From positions 79,174,001-79,238,000 of the forward strand of contig NW_026262712.1 in the NCBI RefSeq assembly GCF_021869535.1: DNA of 64,000 nucleotides. Direction: 5' to 3'. The translations under genes were made by a program, and so were the position numbers. Positions within the stretch are counted from its first letter, which is position 1; each line of letters begins with the position of its first letter. The notes under the pieces were generated by a model. That model made no database searches and had not been told where the DNA came from. It saw only the letters and a list, made by a program, of their open reading frames with translations. This DNA is from Mytilus californianus. Lineage: Eukaryota. This document shows, piece by piece, positions 21,216 to 30,344 of the stretch.

Positions 21216-24200
21216 ATGGAGGCAAAAAAGGATAAAATTTTATCCAAGCGAGAAGATTCATATAAACTTGTTTTGACAAAAGAATATAAACATAAAGCAA
21301 GTATTTATGTATTTAATTATAAAATTAGTCTAAAGGATGAAAAACAAGAAACATTTACAAATGCTTTTGACCACATGGTAGACTATTCCATAAAAGATTA
21401 CCCTAATGGAAGAATTAAAATAGTACCTATTCATGAAATCATAATTACTAAACATAAAAGCTGGCCTATAAGAACATATAATACAGTTAAAAAGTTATTC
21501 ATGGATCAAATGGAAAGATTATTAAATAGTGCTGAAGAATTAAATTTAGAAGAAGTTATTTTTGAAGTTACTATTATACCCAATAAAAGAGGAAAAGGTA
21601 AAGCTTTAAAAATATTAGATGTCATAAATAAAAGAAGTATTATCAAAATAAAAAATGATGATACAATATGTTTATCAAGGGCAATTGTAACTTCTTTAGC
21701 TTCAAATAAGTTATTAAAAGATTTTACAGATTCTCAATTAAAACACATTAAAGAGGGTAGACCATTACAAAAAAGAGTTGCTGAAAATTTACATGAACAA
21801 TCAGAAGTAGAAATAAAAGAAGAAGGAAATGATTTAGACGATTTAAAAGCTTTTGAAAATTATTTTAATATTAGGATAATTGTTTTTGCATCAAATAGTA
21901 CAGAATATATTGTATATGGTGGTAATGAAGAATATAATGAACAAATATATTTATATTATCATGATGAACACTTTGACACTATAACAAATATAACAGGATT
22001 TTTAGCTAAACGTAGGTTTTGTAAAGTATGTTTAATTGGTTATACTGAACAACATACATGCAAAGATAATACAGTAACAACTATCAGAAAACAACATATT
22101 TGTGATAAATGTAACAAAACATATACAGGTAAAAATCACAAATGTGGTGAAAAAATATGTTTAATATGTTATGAAAAATACACGGAAAGTAATGAAGAAC
22201 ACTTATGTTATATGAAACCATCAGTACCAAAACAAGTAAAAAATAATTAATATATATATTTTGATTTTGAAGCAAATCAAGAAACAGGAATACATATAAT
22301 GAATTTTTGTATAGCTTACGATTTAAAAAATATTTATTGTTTTAAAAATAACTATGTAAAAGTATTTAAATGTGATTTCAATATTGATAATTTAAACTTG
22401 TTAGAATTAGACATAGATGATTGTTTTAGTGATGTAGAAAAAATTAAATATGAAACAAATTCTGTAATAGACAACTTTTGTAAATATTTCATAAGAGATA
22501 AATTTAAAGACTACACTTTTATTTCACATTATGGAAAAGGTTATGATATGCAACCGATTTTAGGATACATTGTAAAAAATAAAATTGAACATAACATAAT
22601 TTCTTCTGGACTAAAATTAACAGCTATATTTATTAAAGGAATAAATTTAAGATTCATAGATTCTATAAATTTTACATTATGTGGATTAGCTGCTTTCCCA
22701 AAAACATTTGGATTTGTGGGTAACAAAGGTTATTTTCCACATTATTTTAATACAACAGAGAATCAAAAATATGAGGGAATTTATCCTAATAAAGAATATT
22801 TTGGTTATAATACTATGACAATTAAAAATAAAGAATTATTTGATGAATGGTATAATAAAGTTAAAGAAAAAGAATTTAAATTCTATAAAGAAATATTTTA
22901 TTATTGTCTATTGGATGTTTTAATTCTTGCCAAAGGTTGTACCTTATATAGAAAATTATTTTTAAATATAACCAATAATTGTATCGATCCATTTCAATAT
23001 ATTACAATTGCTCAATGTTGTACAAAAATATTTAAAACATTAATGTTGACAAATGAAACAATTGGAATTCACAAAAAGATGACAATTAAAGAAGTACATT
23101 CACAAAAATCAATACAATGGTTAGAGTATATTTCTTTAGAATATAATATAATGATTCAACATGCTAAAAGGGGAGGTGAAAAGAAATTATTCATTAATAA
23201 TAAATGTTATAAAGTCGATGGTTATTATTATGATAGAGAAAATAAAATGCGGAATGTTTATGAATTTTTTGGATGTTATTGGCATGGATGTACAAAATGT
23301 TATAGTCCTGAAGAAATATGTAAAAAAGATAGAAATAAAAAAACTATGAAAGAGTTATATAACCAAACTAAAGAAAGACTTAAAACTATTGAAGATTATC
23401 TAAAACCAAATGTAAAAATTCATACAATATGGGAATGTGAGTTTGATCAACAAAAATATCCTGAAGTTGATCCACATTTAAAACCTATTGATAAAAGAGA
23501 TGCATTTTATGGAGGAAGAACAGAAACTATTCAATTATACAATAATCTTTCTGATTTAAAAGGTAGATATGTAGATTTTTGTTCTCTGTATCCATCAGTA
23601 AATAAATATTGTAAATATCCTATAGGACATCCTATTACATCTACAGAAATATCTGTAGATGATTATATAAAAAATAATTATTTCGGAATAATGAAATGTA
23701 AAATATTACCACCTAAAGGATTGTATCACCCTGTTTTACCTTATAAACAATTAACTAGTGATAATACACATAAATTACTTTTTGGATTATGTAGAACATG
23801 TATGAATAAAATATCTTTTAAATGTAAACACATAGATGATCCTACTTTAAATAAACATGATAAAATACATGAAATAAAAAGATGTAAAGAATGTAAAAAT
23901 ATTAAAAATGAAAAATGTATACATTCTGATGAGGAAAGAGTTATAGTAGGTACATGGTCTACAATAGAAATAGATAAAGCAATAGAAAAAGGTTATGAAT
24001 TACAAAAAATATATGAACTAGAACATTTTGAAAAAACATCTACAGATATATTTAAACTTTATGTAGATACGTTTATGAAATATAAACAAGAAGCTTCAGG
24101 ATGTAAATGTGATCCTAAATATTGTAAAAATGATTGTAAAAACGATAAAGAATGTAAAACAAAAATACAATACATTATAGATAATACTGCTTATGATCTA

Positions 24201-24974
24201 GATATTGACAAAGTTAAGTACAATTCAGGATTAAGATTTATAGCTAAAATATGTTTAAATAATTTATGGGGACATTTTGGTATGAGAGATAATTTTACAC
24301 AAAAAGAATATTGTTTTACTTTAGAACATATAACTAAAATAGTATTTAATGAAAAATATAAAGATATAAGTACTATGATATTAGATGAAGATATTGTTTT
24401 AACAGAATATAAAAATAAAGAAGAATACTCTAAACCTAATCCAAGTGTAAATGTTTATATAGCTTTGTTTACAACAGCACATGCTAGATTAAAATTATAC
24501 GAACTATTGGATATTCTTCAAGAAAGAGTTTTATACATGGATACAGATTCTTGTATTTATAATGATGATGGTTCTGAAGCTTGTAAAAAAATAGAAAGTA
24601 TGATGGGAAATAAATTAGGAGATTTAACAGATGAAATTGTTTCAAAACATAACGCTAATCATATAAAACAATTTATATCTGCTGGTCCAAAAGATTATTC
24701 TATGAAACTAGATACAGAAAAACTAGTTAGCTGTTGTAAAGGTGTTAGATTAAATGCTGAAGTTGAAGAAAAGATTACATTAGATAAAAAAATAAAAATA
24801 GTTACTGATGAAAATGAAAAATATGAAACTGTTCAATATGACAACATAAAAATAGAAAAAGATCATCAACTTAAAACAGTTAAACAAGTTAAAGCTTATG
24901 ATTATATGTTTGATAAAAGAATGGTATGTTATGAAAATGAAAATCTAATTAGAAGTTTTCCTTATGGATATTAA
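21216..24974 (+). CDS. pPolB: Protein-primed family B DNA polymerase; one reading frame interrupted by TAA at 22248-22250
   Basis: Track ORFs 21216-22250 and 22299-24974 are in the same frame, and ExoI YIYFDFE directly follows the stop. ExoII SHYGKGYD, ExoIII YCLLDV, motif A DFCSLYP, motif B KICLNNLWGHFG, motif C YMDTDS. Confidence 0.95.
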
Positions 24975-25021
24975 AAAATATATAATTTAAATTTTTATTT
25001 TAAAAAATAAAAGACTAAAAA

Positions 25022-25270
25022 ATGATTGAAGCTTATACTGAGAAAGATGATCCTGACGCTAAAGTTATATTAGGAAGAATAATGTTATCAGATTATCAGA
25101 TATGTTGTTTAAGAGATGATGGAGAATGTCCTTTGACTCCAAAACAAATGGAAGTAATGGAAAAGTTTGATGGTAAAAAGTTATCTAAGTTTCCTCCTGG
25201 TTGGGATGCTTTTATTAGACCAGATAAAGTTTATGAATATGTTTTTGAAAAACCATGTCCTGAAATTTAA
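25022..25270 (+). CDS. 82-aa viral ORF, unknown function
   Basis: TAAAAAATG start just after PolB. Complex amino-acid composition, unlike a shadow ORF. Confidence 0.65.
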   Translation: MIEAYTEKDDPDAKVILGRIMLSDYQICCLRDDGECPLTPKQMEVMEKFDGKKLSKFPPGWDAFIRPDKVYEYVFEKPCPEI

Positions 25271-25452
25271 TTTTTTATTTTATTTTATTTCTCTATACCC
25301 CTAAAAACAGAAAAAGTACAGGAATAGTACATACTTTTTTCTGCAATTTTGCTGTTTTTACCAGGAAAAGTACAGAAATTAGGGACTCTAATTTTTATCA
25401 TTTTTTTCTTATTTTTCCAATTTTTCATACAAACGTAAATTGTATTTATTTT

Positions 25453-25873
25453 TTATTTTAATTTCCAAACAATAAAACCAGTTAATGTCATACCACCAAC
25501 AACAAATGCAATCTCTCTATTTTTCTGGTCTTCTGATGGAGTATAAAAATCACTTAATGTAGGTTTAGGTGATAATGAAGTTAATTTTTTTATTCGTGAC
25601 ACGATAGTATAGTTTCATTGCCTGGTCAACATCATCAAAAGTCTGAACCGCATGATGTTCCTTTTGTAATTGTTCATTTATAAAATCTAATCTTTGTATT
25701 CTTTTTTTATTCCATTCTGATTGTGCTTTTTCTAATTTTTCTATAGCTTTATCATGTCTTATTTTCTCTTCATTTGCATTACTACCCATATGTGAAAATA
25801 AATAATTACTCCCTGAAAATGCAAAAGCATTTGTTATTGCCCCACCAAGCATCATTGTTAAAGCACTTGCCAT
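25453..25873 (-). CDS. Viral protein with N- and C-terminal hydrophobic segments flanking a coiled coil; one-base homopolymer frameshift
   Basis: Track ORF ends at 25565. Removing one base from the 7-nt run at 25585-25591 extends it with KKLTSLSPKPTLSDFYTPSEDQKNREIAFVVGGMTLTGFIVWKLK*, giving 139 aa. Confidence 0.75.
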
Positions 25874-25889
25874 TTTATAAAAACAAAAA

Positions 25890-26126
25890 TTACTTCATAA
25901 TATCAGCAGGTATAATACCTTGCTTAATCAACATATCTTTTGTTGCTATCGCAAGTAATATATCAATGGATAACATTACAACATCATTCATATTAAAATC
26001 CACTTTTGGTGCTGGCCTCCTTAATACCTTTTTACCTATTTCTGCATATCCAACTGTTAACAATGTTTCCACTCCAGCATGATATAACATATTTGCTATT
26101 TGTTTTCCGTCTTTTTGAGTTGTCAT
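25890..26126 (-). CDS. 78-aa small hydrophobic viral protein
   Basis: TAAAATG start, tightly packed in the minus-strand block after the ATPase. Segment VVMLSIDILLAIAT. Confidence 0.7.
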   Translation of the reverse strand: MTTQKDGKQIANMLYHAGVETLLTVGYAEIGKKVLRRPAPKVDFNMNDVVMLSIDILLAIATKDMLIKQGIIPADIMK

Positions 26127-26141
26127 TTTAATGTACTAAAT

Positions 26142-26540
26142 TTAATTAAATTCAAAAGGATCAATTTCTTTCTTTTGTTTTTCTGGTTTTGTTATTTCTT
26201 TAATCATTCTTTCTGGTTTCTTACTTTGGTTGTAAAAAAACAATCCCAATCCAACAATACTTATAGGAAAAAGTACAAATTTGTAATCAACTAGGGAACT
26301 GGAGTGTTTTTTGACAGAAGGGATATGTTCGTTTGATTCATAATCTGTTTCTGTATCAGAATCTTTTGTTATTTGTTTGATTTTTGAATTTTCTTTTTTT
26401 AATTTTTCCACTTCTTTTTTTCTCAATTCTGCATTTCTTATTCTTACTTCTGCACCTTTCTTACCAGCAGCTACTCTTTTTGGGTCTTTTGGTTTGGGTT
26501 TTTTAAATACTTCTTTTTGTTCAGGATTTTCATTCATCAT
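26142..26540 (-). CDS. Basic viral protein with a single transmembrane segment
   Basis: KPKDPKRVAAGKKGAE basic motif, a coil, then FVLFPISIVGLGLFFY. Confidence 0.75.
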   Translation of the reverse strand: MMNENPEQKEVFKKPKPKDPKRVAAGKKGAEVRIRNAELRKKEVEKLKKENSKIKQITKDSDTETDYESNEHIPSVKKHSSSLVDYKFVLFPISIVGLGLFFYNQSKKPERMIKEITKPEKQKKEIDPFEFN

Positions 26541-27168
26541 TTTTTATGTCATTATTTTCATCTTTTTTTCGGAAATCGAGCGAAGCGAATGGTTCAATAT
26601 GTCTTGCTGTTGTTAATATTGCAGTAAAAGGAGCAAGATACATTCCATATCTATAGTACAGTTCACAACATGTATTAGTTAAAGCATTATTGATAAAAGG
26701 ATCTTCCTCTAAGTCTTGTATTAAAATTGGTGGATTAACAACTTTGAAAAACTTTGATACACCTATGACATATAAATTTATAAAAGAGTTTCCTAATGTC
26801 TTGGTCATACTAGCTCCCAATCTTGCTTCATATTTACAGTATAGTTTGTTTATTTGCTCTGTTGTCATTTTATCAATATCTGACAGTTGTAATTCTTTAC
26901 CCAGATATTGTTTACTACTCCCACCAGCAACAACGGATGATAATCTTTCGCGTTTTTTTTCTTGAAGGGAACCGTTCACTTCGCTCGCTTCATCATCAAT
27001 ATTTATGTTTTCCACAATTTGCTCGCTTAATAATTCTTCAGCATTCATTTTATACGTTTCAAAAAACGGATATAATTTATTTTTAACTTTAAAAAAATTA
27101 AATACAACATATCCAACCAATGATAAGACTGCAGTGTTTGTTGCAATTGTTAGTATTTCCAACAGCAT
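26530..27168 (-). CDS. 212-aa viral protein with an N-terminal membrane anchor
   Basis: ILTIATNTAVLSLVGYVVFNFF at the N-terminus, followed by a helical domain (LYCKYEARLGASMTKTLG…LYYRYGMYLAP). Confidence 0.75.
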   Translation of the reverse strand: MLLEILTIATNTAVLSLVGYVVFNFFKVKNKLYPFFETYKMNAEELLSEQIVENINIDDEASEVNGSLQEKKRERLSSVVAGGSSKQYLGKELQLSDIDKMTTEQINKLYCKYEARLGASMTKTLGNSFINLYVIGVSKFFKVVNPPILIQDLEEDPFINNALTNTCCELYYRYGMYLAPFTAILTTARHIEPFASLDFRKKDENNDIKNDE

Positions 27169-27180
27169 TGCTTTTTTTTA

Positions 27181-27356
27181 TTGCTTATTTTGGTTAAATT
27201 ACTTAAGAATTACTTATTTTGGTTAAATTACTTAAGAATTACTTAAGCATTACTTAAGCATTATTTTGCTTATTTTGGTTAAAAATTTTGGTTAAATTAC
27301 TTAAGAATTACTTAAGCATTACTTAAGCATTACTTAAGCATTACTTGAGAATTGCT
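27181..27356. repeat. 11-bp minisatellite (TTACTTAAGCA/TTACTTAAGAA) interspersed with TTTTGGTTAAA units
   Basis: TTACTT starts at 27199, 27210, 27228, 27239, 27250, 27297, 27308, 27319, 27330 and 27341. Confidence 0.9.
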
Positions 27357-27363
27357 AAAAAAA

Positions 27364-28023
27364 TTAATCAAGTAACCAATAATCAGTAGGTTGATCTGTC
27401 TTTAATATTAATTTACGATGTTTCTTTTTTTTAAGTTCTTCCTTTATTCTTTGTCTTTCTTCCAAAGTAGGAATAACATCATTTTCTCTTAGGCAATTAT
27501 CAAAACTATCTCTATCTTTTGTGTAGAACATGCATAACCATTTTGTTTGTTCTCTTAAATCTTTTAAAACAGAGTTGTATCTCTGTGAAATGACCCACAC
27601 TGATTGTTCCGCATGTCTTCCTGAAAATGCAAGCTCGGACAGCATATCTTTTTTCTTTGTTAGTTCTTTTGTTGCACTGCAGTCATCAATGATATATAAT
27701 GTTGGATGACCAGCATATTTTTTAAAGAACATTCTTAGTAGTTCTTGTAGCTTCTCTTCTTCTTTGACAATAGGATTAACAATTATTAGATTTTTTGTTT
27801 TTGGTTTTCTAACATCACCAATCCATTCACGATTTTTGTATGCTTTGTTCCATTGAATTGTTGGACAAAGTATGACTATATGTTTAAAAACCCCACTATA
27901 TTCTTTTTCTAATAAATCAAGAACAAACTCCGTTTTCCCACACCCAGTTTGTCCACATATAATAGCACAATGTGGATATTTTGGTAATTCGGAGTGTATC
28001 TCGCTCCGCTCGTTCGATTCCAT
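27364..28023 (-). CDS. A32-like genome-packaging ATPase (FtsK-HerA superfamily)
   Basis: Walker A GQTGCGKT, Walker B LYIIDD, and the A32 signature FSGRH…VWVISQ. Start taken as the TAAAAATG at 28023, since the upstream codons lie in the TIR. Confidence 0.93.
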   Translation of the reverse strand: MESNERSEIHSELPKYPHCAIICGQTGCGKTEFVLDLLEKEYSGVFKHIVILCPTIQWNKAYKNREWIGDVRKPKTKNLIIVNPIVKEEEKLQELLRMFFKKYAGHPTLYIIDDCSATKELTKKKDMLSELAFSGRHAEQSVWVISQRYNSVLKDLREQTKWLCMFYTKDRDSFDNCLRENDVIPTLEERQRIKEELKKKKHRKLILKTDQPTDYWLLD

Positions 28024-28333
28024 TTTTAAAATAAAAATTGATTTTTTTTTTTTTCTCTTAAATCCCACAGAATTCTTTCTTCGCCTGTCCTCCCGGTTTT
28101 TTTATTTATTTTTTTTTTGGAATTTTTTTGTTGTTTTTTGGGTGTTTTTAATAACGTTTTTTTCCAAAGTAAAAAAAAAAATTTTTTGGGAGTAAGAAAA
28201 TTTTGGTGTTTTTGCGTTTTTTTTTGCTTTTTTTTTTATGAAAATTTAGGGCTCTTTTACTTGAAATGAGGGTAATTTTTTGGGGGTCAAATTTTTTTTT
28301 TTTGGAGGGGGGTATAGGTGTGTGATATTGTGT
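28021..28333 (-). repeat. Right terminal inverted repeat (313 bp)
   Basis: Reverse complement of 13104-13419; ends …GTGTGATATTGTGT. Confidence 0.97.
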
Positions 28334-28677
28334 AACGCCATGGCTAAAAAATAAAGAGACACACAGACAAATAATAATACACAACACACAACATAGAAAA
28401 CTAAAGACTAAGCAACACGAACCCCACCAAAAACTGGGGGTGATCTCAGGTTCTCCGGAAGGGTAGGCAGATCCTGCTCCACATGTGGCACCCGTCGTGT
28501 TGCTTATGTTATTACAAATCCGGTAAATAGTCCAATTCGGTAGTAGGTCACATTCGTGAAAAGGGAAGGGTGTTGTAGTTACGACATAAGGAACATATCC
28601 GATATCATCTGTGAAACGGTTATTCCATAACGGTCAACCAACTCGTGATTGCGTCCGTAAAATTTACGAAAGGATGA
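28334..28677 (-). mobile_element. Right part of the interrupted Penelope-like 3'-end repeat (starts with TSD AACGCC)
   Basis: Continues collinearly with the copy at 51835-52170 (atggctaaaaa…gcaacacgaaccccacc…ggtcaaccaactcgtgat). Confidence 0.85.
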
Positions 28678-30344
28678 TATATGATATCATATATAATATA
28701 TGAAATACAATTTACGGTTTAATCAAAACAGTTGAAAATCTATTTGATCAATAAATTATGGCGAAGAATATAAAATATTTAGACCCAGGACAGCAATCGT
28801 ACAAGAGATTTTGATAAACATGACAACATCATTTCGAATTTTTTAGTACATAGCTGAAAAAGGGTAAATATAGAACTTTGGAATGGAAGGGGATAGAAAT
28901 CTTTTTAAATCTTATCAAGGATCAGATCAATGGAAGAAGGTCTTTCGCAAACATGAGATAATACTAATCTAGGCGTGAACGCCTCTAGTTTTTAATTTGA
29001 AAAAAAACATCCTCGGGGTAACTTCATTGCCCCAACTCTAAAATCCAAATGATCACTTCTTGAACTTAAATGATTATAACTGATTCATATTCTAACTAAA
29101 CTGATAAACTCAAGAAGATAACTAAAGGGAATCATTGAAATAAATATTTGAAGAAAAAAAAACAGTTAACACTTTAAAAAGATGTTCTGTAATGTATTTA
29201 GGTTTTTTTTTATTTGTTTTGTTTTCATGGCAGTTCTTATTCTCTTTGTGTTTGTTTTATAATCGTACACATTTTAGTATATATATAATTATTATTTTTT
29301 TTTTTCGTTGAGTTTTTATGGCATACATAAATAAGGCTGTTAGTTTTCTCGTTTGAATTGTTTTACATTGTCATGTCGGGGCCTTTTATAACTGACTATA
29401 CGTTATGGGCTTTGCTCATTGTTGAAGTCCGTACGGTGACCTATAGTTGTTAATTTCTGTGTTATTTGGTCTCTTGTGGAGAGTTGTCTCTTTGGCAATC
29501 ATACCACATCTTCTTTTTTATATGTATATGTTTTCTTCGGTTTTTATTTTTCTCATTTTTTCTTTTTACTTTGGGAATGGAATTTAAAGAAAATGTACCT
29601 TTTAAAAACTATGTAACTATCAGTTTGATGGTGCTGTAGCACTCATACTTTCAACAAGAATACACAAAACTCTATAACTTTACGATTGATCGAGAGCACC
29701 TCTATATTTCTGTAACTTATTCCCAACAATAATTTAACAGCAAATCGGATCAATTGGATCTAGCGCACATTGAGACTTTCCTGTTGGGTGCTTTATTCAA
29801 GGAGGCAGAATTTACCCAAACTGACCCTTCTTTATTCGTTCCATATTTATATAGGTGTGGATATAATAAATGAAAAATACTAAACTTGTGTCATCTCAAT
29901 CACTTTTCAATTCCTTTTACAAACGCTAATCTCGTCGTGAAAAGCATGGAATACTTGCCACAGAACGTTAAACATCCAACAATCAATCAAATCGAATGCA
30001 AACCAGACGCGCCGATTGTTTTTCACAACATTACAAACTGACAATGTTCTTTTTTAATGGATAAGGGAGATAAATCGAACGCATATATTCGACATGTTAA
30101 CAAACGAAACTCAACGTAAGAATACGTAACATTCAACAACAGAAAATAAATTGGAACACTGATGTTCAACCACAAAAATAAAATGCAAGGTTGCAAAAAG
30201 ACTATGCAATTGCTAACTGTTGTCTTTAAACACACTGCAATATCGGTAGACACCTATCGTGGATTTTATTATAACAAAATTACTGCTCCTTAACGATACG
30301 TTCGTAGAGTTTCGTCCGTTCGTAAGATGTTGAGAAACCTCTAA

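Larger units (their letters stand above)
13104..28333. mobile_element. Endogenous Polinton/Maverick-like dsDNA virus, 15,230 bp, full length
   Basis: ~315-bp TIRs, 6-bp TSD, protein-primed PolB, rve-type integrase, A32-like ATPase, putative major and minor capsid proteins, 16 compact intronless ORFs. Confidence 0.97.

Noticed and set aside
14668-27226. Antisense track ORFs inside the virus (e.g. 14668-14988, 15094-15462, 19348-19629, 25774-26082, 26690-26965)
   Set aside because: They are shadows of longer opposite-strand genes and lack the start motif.
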